A DNA stretch of 64,000 bases from Marivita sp. (GTDB lineage Bacteria > Pseudomonadota > Alphaproteobacteria > Rhodobacterales > Rhodobacteraceae): NCBI RefSeq assembly GCF_965656765.1, contig NZ_CBFHLV010000006.1, positions 21,195-85,194 of the forward strand. The letters are read 5' to 3'. The notes under the pieces were generated by a model that searched no databases, was not told the DNA's origin, and saw only the letters and a list, made by a program, of their open reading frames with translations. The translations under genes were made by a program, and so were the position numbers. Each line of letters starts with the position of its first letter. Within the stretch, counting starts at the first letter, position 1. This document shows, piece after piece, positions 33,627 through 44,009 of this stretch.

Positions 33627-33989
33627 ATGAGCTTTGATCCTGCGACTTTGGTCTATAACGAGGCAGGCCTGATCCCGGCGATCGCACAGGACGCGGTGTC
33701 GGGTGAAGTGCTGATGATGGCGTGGATGAATGCCGAGGCGGTGGCGAAAACGCTGGAGACTGGTCGCGTCACCTATTGGTCACGCTCGCGGGCCGCATTT
33801 TGGGTCAAAGGTGAAAGTTCGGGCCATGTTCAGGAATTGATCGCGTTTCGCGTGGATTGTGACCGGGATTGTGTGTTGGTGAGTGTCAATCAAACTGGGC
33901 CGGCTTGTCATACCAATCGCAGGTCGTGTTTCTACACCGAGGTGCAGGACGGCGCGGAAGCGGAGATATTGGCGCCGATGCGGCCGTAG
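33627..33989 (+). CDS. hisI: Phosphoribosyl-AMP cyclohydrolase
   Basis: GEVLMMAWMN, YWSRSR..W.KGESSG, DCDRD, ACHTNRRSCF. Confidence 0.97.
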   Translation: MSFDPATLVYNEAGLIPAIAQDAVSGEVLMMAWMNAEAVAKTLETGRVTYWSRSRAAFWVKGESSGHVQELIAFRVDCDRDCVLVSVNQTGPACHTNRRSCFYTEVQDGAEAEILAPMRP

Positions 33990-33993
33990 TTTT

Positions 33994-34016
33994 GGCATAT
34001 TTGCAAAAAGAAGAAG
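33994..34016. repeat. REP-like repeat (inverted partial copy of 1195-1217)
   Basis: GGCATATTTGCAAAAAGAAGAAG; 22/23 identity to copy 1 on the opposite strand; between convergent hisI and gluQ. Confidence 0.6.
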
Positions 34017-34029
34017 TAGGACAAAGCGC

Positions 34030-34875
34030 TTAAAGCCCAACCATCCGCCTGATATCCCGAGGCGTGGCGCCTTCGCTGCGATAGTGCGCGATCGCCCTTG
34101 CATCATCGCGTTTGGCAAGCCGTTTGCCGTGATCGTCCCGGATCAGTCGGTGATGATGGTACATGGGGATCGGCAAGCCAAGTAGCGTTTGCAAGAGCAC
34201 ATGGATCGCGGTCGCGGTGGCAAGGTCTTCGCCCCGTATCACATGCGTGATACCTTGGGCGCCGTCATCGACGACGACACTGAGGTGATAGGAGGCGGTC
34301 TTCGTATCTCGTCGAGCCAGCACCACATCGCCGACCGCGTTCACAAAATGATCGCGCGTTAACCTTATTGCTGGGTGAAGGCCGGTGTCGGTGTAGAGCG
34401 GCAAAGTCGTGAGGCTGTCGATGGCTTTTTTCATGTTGAGGCGCACAGCGTCGGTGTCTGTACGATCGCCCCATACGCGATGACGGCAGGTGCCGGGATA
34501 GATCAAACCATCAGGCCCATGCATTGGCGCGCCCTCTTGCGGGGCAGACATGGCGCGCCGGATGTCGCCACGTGTGCAGGAACAGGGGTAAAGCAGCCCC
34601 ATGTCGCCGAGCTGCGTTAGTGCTGTTTCATATGCAGACGTGTTGTCCGACTGGCGCAGTACCGGTGTTTCCCATGTCAGGCCAAGCCACGTGAGGTCTT
34701 CGTAGATTTGTGCCTCAAACGCAGGTGTGCAGCGGGCGGTGTCGGTGTCTTCGATCCGGAGCAGAAAGCGGCCTTGCGCCTCTTGCGCCATGTCGAACGC
34801 CAAGAGCGCAGAAAATGCGTGGCCAAGGTGGAGTTGGCCCGTTGGGCTGGGTGCAAAACGGGTCGTGAAACCCAC
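34030..34875 (-). CDS. gluQ: tRNA glutamyl-Q(34) synthetase GluQRS
   Basis: TRFAPSPTGQLHLGH, LRIEDTD, YHLSVVVDD..QGITHVIRGEDL, RLAKRD; no anticodon domain; GTG start overlaps the trmFO stop. Confidence 0.95.
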   Translation of the reverse strand: MGFTTRFAPSPTGQLHLGHAFSALLAFDMAQEAQGRFLLRIEDTDTARCTPAFEAQIYEDLTWLGLTWETPVLRQSDNTSAYETALTQLGDMGLLYPCSCTRGDIRRAMSAPQEGAPMHGPDGLIYPGTCRHRVWGDRTDTDAVRLNMKKAIDSLTTLPLYTDTGLHPAIRLTRDHFVNAVGDVVLARRDTKTASYHLSVVVDDGAQGITHVIRGEDLATATAIHVLLQTLLGLPIPMYHHHRLIRDDHGKRLAKRDDARAIAHYRSEGATPRDIRRMVGL

Positions 34876-36239
34876 TATTCCGCTGCGGATTTGGCGGGGT
34901 CCTGGGCGGCGAGCCAGTCTGACCATGCGGTTTTGGCACGGTCGGTGTAAGCTTTGTAGCGATCCTTGCGACCGCGGCGTCCGCCTTTAAGCCCGTCAAC
35001 CGGGCGGAAGAGGCCGAAATTGACATTCATTGGTTGAAAGGTTTTTGCCTCGGCGCCGCCAGTTATGTGGTGGATCAGCGCACCGTGCGCGCTGTCCTGC
35101 GGCACAGTCGGGATTGGTTGGCCGGTCATTTCGGCAGCGGCCATGCGACCGGCCAAAAGGCCCATGGCCGAGGATTCGACATAGCCTTCGACACCGGTGA
35201 CCTGACCGGCAAAACGGATATTCGGCTTGGAACGCAGGCGCATTTGGTCGTCAAGCAGCGTTGGGCTGTTAAGAAACGTGTTGCGATGAATGCCGCCAAG
35301 GCGGGCAAATTTAGCGTTTTCAAGGCCGGGAATCATTTTGAAAACATCGGCTTGCGCGCCGTACTTCATCTTGGTTTGGAAGCCGACGATATTATAGAGT
35401 GTCCCCAGCGCATTGTCGCGGCGTAGCTGAACGACGGCCCATGGTTTGACATCTGGTTGGTGAGGGTTGGTCAGGCCTACAGGTTTCATCGGTCCGTGGC
35501 GCAGTGTTTCACGACCGCGTTCAGACATCACTTCAATAGGCAGGCAACCGTCAAAATAACCAGCGGTTTCACCTTCGTGGAACTCTGTCTTGTCGGCGGC
35601 CAGAAGCGCGTCGATGAACGCATCGTACTGCGCCTTGTCCATCGGGCAGTTGATGTAGGCGCGCTGCTCTTCCTCGGTTTCGCCTTTGTCATAGCGTGAC
35701 TGAAGCCAGGCTTTGGACATGTCGATGCTGTCAAAATAGACGATGGGCGCGATCGCGTCGAAAAAGGCCAGTCGGTCGGTGCCGGTTTCAGCCTGGATTG
35801 CTTGGCCCAAGGCCGCGCTGGTCAGCGGGCCGGTGGCAAAAATCCAATGGCCTTCGTTGGGCAGATCGGTGATTTCTTCGTGGCTGACGCGCACATTCGG
35901 ATGCGCATGCAGGCGGCGGGTGATTTCAGCACTGAAGGCATCGCGGTCCACGGCAAGCGCTCCGCCAGCGGGCAGGCGGTGTTGGTGCGCGGTGTCGATG
36001 ATCAGGCCACCAGCCTCGCGCATTTCCCAGTGCAGCAGTCCCACCGCGTTCTGTTCATGATCGTCAGACCGGAATGAATTGGAGCAGACCATCTCGCCCA
36101 GATCGCCAGTTTTGTGGGCGAAGGTTTCGACCTTGGGGCGCATTTCGTGAATCACGACCTGAACGCCGCGATGTGCGGCTTGCCATGCTGCTTCGGATCC
36201 GGCCATTCCGCCGCCGACGATGTGGAGTTCTTGTGTCAT
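34875..36239 (-). CDS. trmFO: tRNA (uracil-54-C5)-methyltransferase TrmFO
   Basis: [55 protein letters not shown]. Confidence 0.97.
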   Translation of the reverse strand: MTQELHIVGGGMAGSEAAWQAAHRGVQVVIHEMRPKVETFAHKTGDLGEMVCSNSFRSDDHEQNAVGLLHWEMREAGGLIIDTAHQHRLPAGGALAVDRDAFSAEITRRLHAHPNVRVSHEEITDLPNEGHWIFATGPLTSAALGQAIQAETGTDRLAFFDAIAPIVYFDSIDMSKAWLQSRYDKGETEEEQRAYINCPMDKAQYDAFIDALLAADKTEFHEGETAGYFDGCLPIEVMSERGRETLRHGPMKPVGLTNPHQPDVKPWAVVQLRRDNALGTLYNIVGFQTKMKYGAQADVFKMIPGLENAKFARLGGIHRNTFLNSPTLLDDQMRLRSKPNIRFAGQVTGVEGYVESSAMGLLAGRMAAAEMTGQPIPTVPQDSAHGALIHHITGGAEAKTFQPMNVNFGLFRPVDGLKGGRRGRKDRYKAYTDRAKTAWSDWLAAQDPAKSAAE

Positions 36240-36275
36240 GGGGCGCATGTAATCCGTTGTAGAGTGTTTGTCACG

Positions 36276-36893
36276 TCACTGATCAGGGCTGATGAGACCC
36301 AAGCCGCGCAGGTAAATGCCGATACCGGACTCGAGCAGTTCTTCAGGTGGGAATGGCGATGTTGTGCCTGGCGAATTGCGGGCGAAAAGTTCGACCACGC
36401 CGTGGCTCAGCGCCCAAACATGCGCGGAAAACATGGATGCAGGAGGGCGTTTCTCTGGCGGGATATGTTGAGACAATTCCTCGGCGGCGCGTTCCAGCAC
36501 GGAACGGGCGCGGGCGGACACGGCAGCGAGTTCGGGCGTTCGATTCACCGAAATGCCACTCTCGAACATTGCAATGTAATGACCTGGGTATTTTCGCGCA
36601 AACGCCAGATAGGCGCGGCCCGTTGCCTCGAACGCGGCAAGAGCCGAGGGTTGACCGCTGTCATAGGCGTATTGCATCACGTCGGCGAAGATTTCGTATC
36701 CTTGAAGGGCCGCTTCAGCGATCAGGTCTTCGCGGCCTTCGAAATGGCGATACACGGCGGCGGGGGTTACGCCCGCCTGTTTTGCGGCCTCCGACAGGGT
36801 AAAGCCGGTCGGGCCTTTTTCGGTGATCAGCTGGAGCGCCGCATCAACGAGGGCTTGCCGCAAATTGCCGTGATGGTAACCGCGTTTAGCCAT
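36276..36893 (-). CDS. TetR/AcrR family regulator
   Basis: [16 protein letters not shown]...[25 protein letters not shown]; overlaps the ppk2 stop. Confidence 0.95.
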   Translation of the reverse strand: MAKRGYHHGNLRQALVDAALQLITEKGPTGFTLSEAAKQAGVTPAAVYRHFEGREDLIAEAALQGYEIFADVMQYAYDSGQPSALAAFEATGRAYLAFARKYPGHYIAMFESGISVNRTPELAAVSARARSVLERAAEELSQHIPPEKRPPASMFSAHVWALSHGVVELFARNSPGTTSPFPPEELLESGIGIYLRGLGLISPDQ

Positions 36894-37755
36894 CCCAGAT
36901 GTCCGGCCCGCCACAGACCTTGGAATCAACCTGGCCCAGTGCTTTGAAGTCTTTGCGTGTGTAATCCAGCTGCGTCAGAACGCTTCGGATTGCGTTAATC
37001 CGCGCGCGGCGTTTGTCATCGGACCGCACGATGGTCCAGGGTGCGTGATCGGTATGGGTCTTGGCAAAGGTTTCCTTGATCGCATCGCTGTAAGCGTCCC
37101 ATCTTTTCAGGCCTTCAACGTCGATCCATGAGAGTTTCCATTGCTTTAGCGGGTCTTTCTCACGCGATAGAAAGCGCCGCAGCTGTTCGGCGCGACCAAC
37201 ATTAAGCCAAATCTTGAAAAGCTTGATACCGTCATCGACCAGCATGCGTTCAAAATCAGGCACTTGGCGGAAAAAGTGCATGCGCTGCTCGGGAGTGCAA
37301 AATTCGAACACATGCTCGACCACAGCCCGGTTGTACCAGCTTCGATCGAAGAAGGTCACTTCTCCGGCGGCAGGCAGATGATCGATATAGCGTTGGAAAT
37401 ACCATTGGCTGGCTTCGGTTTCTGTCGGCTTGGAAAGCGCTACAACATGCGCGCCGCGAGGGTTAAGGTTTTCTCGGAAACGTTTGATTGTGCCGCCTTT
37501 TCCAGCGGCATCGCGCCCTTCGAATACGATTGCGATGCGGGTGCCAGTGTCGCGCGCCCAGGTCTTCATCTTGACCAGTTCGATTTGAAGCGCATCAAGA
37601 TCTTTCTGATACGCCTTGCGTGGCATCCGTTCTGAATACGGGTAATCAGGATTGATTATATCGTCTTTGTCCGCGCGTTTGATCGCGTCGCGAATGTCCT
37701 TGGGCGCATCGTTTTTGAAGAAGGCGCTGATCGCACCATCAAAGGGAAGGTCCAT
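36886..37755 (-). CDS. ppk2: Polyphosphate kinase 2
   Basis: [41 protein letters not shown]. Confidence 0.97.
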   Translation of the reverse strand: MDLPFDGAISAFFKNDAPKDIRDAIKRADKDDIINPDYPYSERMPRKAYQKDLDALQIELVKMKTWARDTGTRIAIVFEGRDAAGKGGTIKRFRENLNPRGAHVVALSKPTETEASQWYFQRYIDHLPAAGEVTFFDRSWYNRAVVEHVFEFCTPEQRMHFFRQVPDFERMLVDDGIKLFKIWLNVGRAEQLRRFLSREKDPLKQWKLSWIDVEGLKRWDAYSDAIKETFAKTHTDHAPWTIVRSDDKRRARINAIRSVLTQLDYTRKDFKALGQVDSKVCGGPDIWDG

Positions 37756-37807
37756 CTCCGGCCCTTTCTATCATCTGCTCTGACTTGAATATGGGATGTT
37801 AATGCGA

Positions 37808-38761
37808 TTAACGCAAACCCGCACGTTGTGCAGCACGGTCGATCGCGTCGATGACTTCGGGTTCAGCGGCGTGGTGTGGCATGTGACCAATGCCTTCAAG
37901 CACGGTCAGATTGGCGCTTGCAATTTGATTGGACAGTGGGATCGAGTGGATCGACAGGCCGACAGTCGTGTCGGCATCCCCGTGAATGATTTCGGTCGGC
38001 ACAGTGATTGCGCCATAGCGCGTGTACAGCGCCTTGATTTCATCTAGCAAATTGGCCCGCTGCATCGCGTTGGCGCGCATGGTGTCGCGGCGAAGGGTCA
38101 AAGGTGCGCCAATGTGCTTTGCATACCCTTCTGGTTCGCTTTGGGGCGCAAAGACGCCTTCGATGGCGCTATCGACAACGGGGTTTGGCACAAACGCGGT
38201 GAGGGCGGGCACGACAATGGCGCTGCCCAAATCGCTTGAGGTCACTTTGTAAAAGGTGCTTAGATCGCTGTTCCACGGGTTCGACGCGGCAGCGACGAGG
38301 ATCAGAGCAGACAGGCTTTCGGGACGTTCCACAGCCCACGCAAGGGCAACAGCCCCGCCGTAGCTTTGGCCCAGAACCATGGGGTTTTGTAAGCCAAGTT
38401 GGTCTGATGCGTCCGCCAAAAGCGTCGCTTGCTCGATCAATGTGGTGCCTTCAGGATTGACCCGTTCTGTATAACCCAGACCGGGGCGGTCAAAGGCCGT
38501 TACGCGATATCGGTCCGCCAGTTTGTCGACCAAGGAAAACGTGAAATCACGCAGGTTGCCGCTGGCCCCATGGATCAGAACAATATCGGGGCCTTCGCCT
38601 TTGGTGACGTAATGCACTTGTGTGCCATTGACGATCAGGAACTGGCCTTCAGGGGGGAAACGGTTTTCCGCCACGTTTTCGCGGTAAGAGGCTGTACAGG
38701 CTGTCGTCAAAACCAAAGCCGCCGCACACCCAAGCAGCACGCCAATCCCTTTTACAGCCAA
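37808..38761 (-). CDS. Alpha/beta hydrolase, exported or membrane anchored
   Basis: LIHGASGN, GQSYGG nucleophile, HGDAD, GHMPHH; TTG start with AGGAGG SD; hydrophobic N-terminus with LTTAC. Confidence 0.9.
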   Translation of the reverse strand: MAVKGIGVLLGCAAALVLTTACTASYRENVAENRFPPEGQFLIVNGTQVHYVTKGEGPDIVLIHGASGNLRDFTFSLVDKLADRYRVTAFDRPGLGYTERVNPEGTTLIEQATLLADASDQLGLQNPMVLGQSYGGAVALAWAVERPESLSALILVAAASNPWNSDLSTFYKVTSSDLGSAIVVPALTAFVPNPVVDSAIEGVFAPQSEPEGYAKHIGAPLTLRRDTMRANAMQRANLLDEIKALYTRYGAITVPTEIIHGDADTTVGLSIHSIPLSNQIASANLTVLEGIGHMPHHAAEPEVIDAIDRAAQRAGLR

Positions 38762-38770
38762 AACCGCCTC

Positions 38771-39715
38771 CTATCTGTTGCGCAGATCCGTGCTGGCTGC
38801 GCCGATCTGCTCTATGTCGAACGGAGTGGTAAGGTAGATCTCTGACACCCAGTTGCCATAGAGAAGATGCGCGTGGCTGCGCCAGCGGTTCTGCGGCGGC
38901 TGTGATGGGTCGTCATTGGGATAGTAGTTGGCTGGCACATTGATTGGCGTGTCGTTGGCAACATCGCGGTCGTACTCATCCTTGAGAGTGTTGCTGTCAT
39001 ATTCGAAATGGTTGAACACATAGAGCGCGCGATGGTCTGGGTCTTCAACAAGACAGGGGCCGGTTTCGGGGCTGTCGATCAGAATACTCAATCCTGCATT
39101 GTCGACGTCGTCGCGCCTGATCTCTGTCCAGCGGCTGACAGGGATCACCATGTCATCAGAGAACCCGCGCAGATACGGTGATGCAGGCGCAAGGTTTCGA
39201 TGTCGGACACATCCGAACGCCTTTTGTGCCAGCGCAATCTTGGGCACGTTATGGAAATGGTTGATCATCGCCATACCGCCCCAGCACACACCAAAGGTCG
39301 AGTGAACATTGGTCTGGGTCCAGTCCATGACCTGCTCCAGCTCGTCCCAATACGTGACCTCGTCAAACGGTAGGTGTTCAATTGGCGCGCCTGTGATGAT
39401 CAGGCCGTCGAATTTTTCACCGCTGTCTGCGACTTCGGAAAATGGGCGGTAAAAGCTTTCCATGTGTTCGGCTGCGGTGTTGCGCGTTTGGTGTTCGGAC
39501 ATACGGATCAGGTTAAATTCGATCTGCAATGGGGTCGCGCCAATCAGCCGGGCAAACTGGTTCTCGGTTTGAATCTTCTTGGGCATCAGGTTCAGCAAGG
39601 CAATCCGCAGCGGGCGGATGTCCTGTTCGCTGGCCAGTTCATCGGGAATGACCATCACGCCTTCGCGCTTGAGCACGTCATAGGCGGGCAGGTTGTTTGG
39701 CAGTTTGATGGGCAT
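38771..39715 (-). CDS. metA: Homoserine O-acyltransferase MetA (likely acetyl-specific)
   Basis: [29 protein letters not shown]; Glu at the specificity position (GAPIE) is the acetyl-CoA signature. Confidence 0.95.
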   Translation of the reverse strand: MPIKLPNNLPAYDVLKREGVMVIPDELASEQDIRPLRIALLNLMPKKIQTENQFARLIGATPLQIEFNLIRMSEHQTRNTAAEHMESFYRPFSEVADSGEKFDGLIITGAPIEHLPFDEVTYWDELEQVMDWTQTNVHSTFGVCWGGMAMINHFHNVPKIALAQKAFGCVRHRNLAPASPYLRGFSDDMVIPVSRWTEIRRDDVDNAGLSILIDSPETGPCLVEDPDHRALYVFNHFEYDSNTLKDEYDRDVANDTPINVPANYYPNDDPSQPPQNRWRSHAHLLYGNWVSEIYLTTPFDIEQIGAASTDLRNR

Positions 39716-39718
39716 GTC

Positions 39719-40585
39719 TTACGGTCTTTTCTGGTCTAGCGCGCTTGCGATCAACATATCAAAGTTCGGTGGCGTGGCGTCTGCCATCAGATCATGGGCG
39801 TCAATGGTGACGCCCCAATGATCCGCCATCATCTGATAGCGCGGCTGGCGGTGTGCCAGGGCTTGCGCATAGGTCCATCGGATGAATGTATCTGGGTCAA
39901 CTGTGTCTTCTTTGGCGTTGTTTTCGCTCAGATACTGCTGCCAAACACGGCTCAGGAATTCTGGCTGGTAGGCCATTGGTTTAGGCGCCTTGTCGAAGCG
40001 ACGGATAAGTTCCTGCGTGTGGGCCTCGTCACCTTTGATCCAGACCAGCAAGGCGTGTTTCGACAGTTCGGTCAGGATCGGATCGTTGGGGTCTTCCGGA
40101 TCAACCCATTCGCAGATCGACCCGCCGGTATCGCAGACGAAATGAGGATAGCCATAGATGTCCATGGACCGGTCAATGAAATAGCCTGTGTCCAGCAATG
40201 CGGCCATTTCTGCGCGGCGGAACTGGTCTTGGCGCTTGCGGTATTCAGCCATTGGCACACCGCCCTTGGCTGGATCACCTGGCTTGCCCAGGTAGGCGGC
40301 AACGGGAGCCAGATTGTCAAAGGTAAGGTTAGAGCCGATATAGATCGAGTCCGACATCAACAGGTCGCGCAGGAACGGCACTTTCATTGCTTCGCGCTTG
40401 GCGTTGTCGGCGATGTATTCGCCCATGTACCGGGTGCCGATGCGGTAATCGATGGAGTAGTGGAACCAATCACCACTGTCGCGCAACAGGTTCGAAATAT
40501 GGGTCTTGCCCAAGCCCGACATCGCAAAGAGCACAACGCGCTTTTGCGGCGCGTTCAGCCAGTCCTGTCCAGTTTCGTAGATCAT
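39719..40585 (-). CDS. Uncharacterised P-loop NTPase/kinase-like protein upstream of metA
   Basis: FAMSGLGKT Walker A; FRRAE and VCDTGGS segments; 3 nt from the metA start. Confidence 0.8.
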   Translation of the reverse strand: MIYETGQDWLNAPQKRVVLFAMSGLGKTHISNLLRDSGDWFHYSIDYRIGTRYMGEYIADNAKREAMKVPFLRDLLMSDSIYIGSNLTFDNLAPVAAYLGKPGDPAKGGVPMAEYRKRQDQFRRAEMAALLDTGYFIDRSMDIYGYPHFVCDTGGSICEWVDPEDPNDPILTELSKHALLVWIKGDEAHTQELIRRFDKAPKPMAYQPEFLSRVWQQYLSENNAKEDTVDPDTFIRWTYAQALAHRQPRYQMMADHWGVTIDAHDLMADATPPNFDMLIASALDQKRP

Positions 40586-40643
40586 TGTGACGTCCCGTGC
40601 CCGTAAACCCGTCGTTTGGGATTAGCGATGCGGCGCGGGGGCG

Positions 40644-41555
40644 TCAAACGGTTGTGACCCTGCGCTTCCAAAGTCGCCCGTCGATGATGCTTAGGCCAAG
40701 GGCGAGCAGGGCAAAGCCCAGATACTCGCCCGGGTGCAGCGTTTCGTTGCGCACGAGCGCCCCTAGCGTGATTGCGATCGGCGGAATGAGAAGGGTGACC
40801 AGCATAAGGTTTCCGCTGCCCGCCATGGCCAGCACGCGGTAGTAAAGAAGGTAGGCCAGCGCGGTGGCGATGATCGCGTAATATCCAATGGCGGCCAAAG
40901 TTGACGGGGCAAGCGCCAGAGACGGCAAGCCTTCGACCAGCAGTACCAGCGGGATCATGCACAGCGTTGACCCAGTCAGCATGCCCGCCGCCGCAATAAC
41001 CGGGGGCACCCCACCCAGCATCTTGCGCGCCCACGCGCTGGCGAGCGCGTATGACACTGTACCAGCGACGATGGCCATTTGTGCCAGCGATGTGGTGTCG
41101 AACTGCCGAAGCGCATCCAGCCCGATTGCCAGACAGACGCCGAAGAACCCCAATCCCACACCCAAAGCTTTGCGCAGAGTCAGCTTTTCATCGGCAAAGA
41201 CCAACGCGGCCACGACGATTCCAAAGATTGCCGTTGCCGCATTGAAGATCGAGGTGAGGCCGGTTGGGATGTACAGTTGGCCCCATGCCATCAGGCTAAA
41301 GGGGATGACGTTGTTCAAAACGCCCATGACAAGAAATGCGCCCCAAATCTTGGGGTCTCTGGGCAACGTCAAACGTTTGAGCAGGGCAACACCCCACAGG
41401 ACGAGCATCGCCCATCCAGTGCGGTGCAAAACGGACGTCAGCGGCCCGATTTCGTCAAGTGCGGTGCGAATGGCAAGGAACGACCCTCCCCAGATCACAC
41501 CCAACAGGACAAGTTCGGTCCACGCGCGGGTGGAGAGAGAGGTTTGTGGTGTCAT
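40644..41555 (-). CDS. DMT/EamA family transporter
   Basis: IWGGSF, NNVIPFSL, GLTSIFNA, about 10 TM. Confidence 0.92.
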   Translation of the reverse strand: MTPQTSLSTRAWTELVLLGVIWGGSFLAIRTALDEIGPLTSVLHRTGWAMLVLWGVALLKRLTLPRDPKIWGAFLVMGVLNNVIPFSLMAWGQLYIPTGLTSIFNAATAIFGIVVAALVFADEKLTLRKALGVGLGFFGVCLAIGLDALRQFDTTSLAQMAIVAGTVSYALASAWARKMLGGVPPVIAAAGMLTGSTLCMIPLVLLVEGLPSLALAPSTLAAIGYYAIIATALAYLLYYRVLAMAGSGNLMLVTLLIPPIAITLGALVRNETLHPGEYLGFALLALGLSIIDGRLWKRRVTTV

Positions 41556-41611
41556 GCCAGAGCAGTAGCTGGGGGGCTTTCACGACACGACCCGAAACAT
41601 GCGCAAAACGC

Positions 41612-41640
41612 AAAAGCCCCGCCAGATGCAACCGGCGGGG
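41612..41640 (-). terminator. Probable terminator of the porin gene
   Basis: CCCCGCC-loop-GGCGGGG with an adjacent AAAAG on the plus strand (U-tract on minus). Confidence 0.65.
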
Positions 41641-41663
41641 TCACTCGTTAGGCTTGATACCGC

Positions 41664-42989
41664 TTAAAAGTCAACGGTCAGGGAAACGCCTATTCCGAGG
41701 GCCGTGTTGTCTTCGTATTTGACGCCCGATGCATCCTCGGCATCACCGATCCATGCGTATTCGATGCCGCCGCGCAGGGTCATGTTGTCCATTTTGTACT
41801 GACCGCCAATGCCAAGGCTGACGAATCCATCACGCGGGGCAAGCCGTGATACGGTATCGCCGTTCTGCGCTTCGTAGGTGACCTGCGCAAAACCGGACAG
41901 ATCGTCCGAAAACGCGCGCCCAACGCCAAGCTTCCAAGTGGTGCGATCATTGTCAAAGCCGGTCACAGCACCGCCTGTGGCCGTGTCGTACTGTGGCGTG
42001 CGGACTTCCCATTTGGACCATTCGGTCCATTTGACCTGACCGTACAGCAGCGTGCCTGGCGCGATCCCACTTTGGAAATCAAGCGCAACAACCTGCGGCA
42101 TGGTCACTTTGGTCTCGCCTCCAGAGACGTCGATGCCAAGGCCCGGGATGCTTTCGCTGGTGCCGAAATTATGTTCGATCTCGCTCTGCCATGACAGGGC
42201 CACGCGCAGCGCGATGTCAGGGATTTCGTAAGCAACACCAAGGATTGCGCCCCAGTCGCCGACGCGGTTGCCACTGGCGTTGAATTCCATCGACGTGCCA
42301 AAATCCTGTGCCGCTGCACCAAGTGTCTGTGCTTGTCCACCCAAGGCCTGTGCTTGTGCGCCCAGGGCCTCGGCGCGGGCGCCCAGTTCCTGTGCCGTTG
42401 CCAGATCACCTGCAGCACCCGCCGCCTGCGCTTGTGCACCCAACGCCTGTGCTTCGGCACCCAAGGCTTGTGCCTGTGCGCCAAGGCCCTGAGCGTTGCG
42501 CCCAACCGAGCTTCGGACCAGAAGGTCGGGGATGGTGATATCCGCTTGGCTTTCGACATAGCGTGCGCCGGCAAAGACTGAAACGCGATCAGTGACGCGG
42601 TATTTGCCGACAAGCGCGATTTGGTCGCTGTCCCAATCGGCGGTTAGACCGGCATAGATGCCCTGAGTGTATTCCGCACCAGCCCCGTAAGGGTTGTTGA
42701 CAAACATCCCAAAGGTCAGCTTTTCGGTGAAATCGTTTTTATACGCGAGACTGTAATTGTTGTAATCGGTCAGCATGTTGCCGGTGTCGCCCTCGCCACC
42801 GCCAGCAGCAGTGAGTTCCGGGGTATATTTGCCGGACAGTTCCGGCATGACATGCGAAAAGCTTAGTTGCAGCTGGTCGTTTGTGGTGAACAAAAATCCG
42901 TAATCGTTGTTCGACCGCTCGATCCCGCCTGCGTTCGCCGTGCCTGCTGCCACAGCAAGCGCAAAAGCGCTTGTCATCATTTTTTTCAT
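41664..42989 (-). CDS. FadL/OmpP1/TodX-type outer-membrane protein
   Basis: Signal peptide ending ANA-GGIERS; VNNPYGAGAEY; GVAYEIPDIALRVAL; terminal aromatic (LTVDF). Confidence 0.88.
   Translation of the reverse strand: MKKMMTSAFALAVAAGTANAGGIERSNNDYGFLFTTNDQLQLSFSHVMPELSGKYTPELTAAGGGEGDTGNMLTDYNNYSLAYKNDFTEKLTFGMFVNNPYGAGAEYTQGIYAGLTADWDSDQIALVGKYRVTDRVSVFAGARYVESQADITIPDLLVRSSVGRNAQGLGAQAQALGAEAQALGAQAQAAGAAGDLATAQELGARAEALGAQAQALGGQAQTLGAAAQDFGTSMEFNASGNRVGDWGAILGVAYEIPDIALRVALSWQSEIEHNFGTSESIPGLGIDVSGGETKVTMPQVVALDFQSGIAPGTLLYGQVKWTEWSKWEVRTPQYDTATGGAVTGFDNDRTTWKLGVGRAFSDDLSGFAQVTYEAQNGDTVSRLAPRDGFVSLGIGGQYKMDNMTLRGGIEYAWIGDAEDASGVKYEDNTALGIGVSLTVDF
42306..42494 (-). repeat. Intragenic imperfect 21-nt (7-aa AQALGAQ) tandem repeats
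   Basis: aa 166-228: AQGLGAQ AQALGAE AQALGAQ AQAAGAA GDLATAQ ELGARAE ALGAQAQ ALGGQAQ TLGAAAQ. Confidence 0.85.
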
Positions 42990-43110
42990 TGGACCCTCAT
43001 CCCTTGAGATTGAATTCTCTCATCTGCAAAAAGCGTACCTAGTTGCCTCTTGGTCGGTCAATTTTGACCGTGCGTCACTCCCGGCGTTGTGCCGTAGCGT
43101 CACAAATTTG

Positions 43111-44004
43111 TTACCGGCGGGTGGAAGACCAGATATTGTAGTAATTCGCGCCGAAGATCAGCGCAGCTCCGATTAGGACAAATGGATCAAGCGGTTCAGC
43201 GTATAGCACGACGCCGACAATGGCGATGACCGGCAAGCGGGTGAAGTCGATTGGCATCACGATAGTGGCCGGGGCAAGCGACAGCGCGGTTGTCAGACAG
43301 AAATGCGCAACCAGACCGGCTACGGCGATCACGACCACCCAAGGGAGGTTGGACGCGGTTGGCAGGGCGATATCGCCGTCGAACCCAGCAAATCCCAGAC
43401 CAAGAATCGCCTGCATCACCGTCAGGTAGAACAAGATACAGGTAATGCTTTCGGTGCGGGTCAGTTTGCGGGTGAACACGGCGGATCCCGCGAAGCCGAT
43501 GGCGGCAAGCGCGGCGGTCACAAGGCCGATGTGAAAGGTTTCGGGGCTGGGTCGCGTCACGACAAGGATGCCGATAAACCCGATGACGGCCGCGATGGCT
43601 TGGGGTTTGGTCAACCGTTCCCCCAAAACAAACGGGGCCAGCAACATGACCCACAGCGGAGCGGAAAACTCTAGTGCAAAAACCTGCGCCAATGGGATCA
43701 CGGTGATGGAGTAGAACCACAGATTTTGACCGGCGAAATGGCTGATATTGCGAATGAAATGCAGGCCTAGCTTTTGCGCCCGCACCTCGCGCAAGGTGCC
43801 CGCGACCGAGGCGACAGTGACCACGATAACGATGCCGATCATACTGCGATACATCATGATCTCGAACGTATCGAGATTGAGGCTCACAGCGCGTCCGGCG
43901 ATGGCCATAGACGTAAACGACACAATGGCGCCAATCATCCACAAACAGGCGCGAATTGTGGGCGACAGCGTCACGACGCCTTCGGTGTCTGGCTGCTCAG
44001 ACAT
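43111..44004 (-). CDS. DMT/EamA family transporter
   Basis: EIMMYRS, HFAGQNLWFYSI, VFALEFSAPLW, MPIDFTRLP; start trimmed to MSEQPD. Confidence 0.92.
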   Translation of the reverse strand: MSEQPDTEGVVTLSPTIRACLWMIGAIVSFTSMAIAGRAVSLNLDTFEIMMYRSMIGIVIVVTVASVAGTLREVRAQKLGLHFIRNISHFAGQNLWFYSITVIPLAQVFALEFSAPLWVMLLAPFVLGERLTKPQAIAAVIGFIGILVVTRPSPETFHIGLVTAALAAIGFAGSAVFTRKLTRTESITCILFYLTVMQAILGLGFAGFDGDIALPTASNLPWVVVIAVAGLVAHFCLTTALSLAPATIVMPIDFTRLPVIAIVGVVLYAEPLDPFVLIGAALIFGANYYNIWSSTRR

Positions 44005-44009
44005 GGTTG

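Noticed and set aside
42306-42494. Tandem repeats as a CRISPR array
   Set aside because: Imperfect 21-nt repeats without unique spacers, in frame within a coding sequence, and no cas genes.
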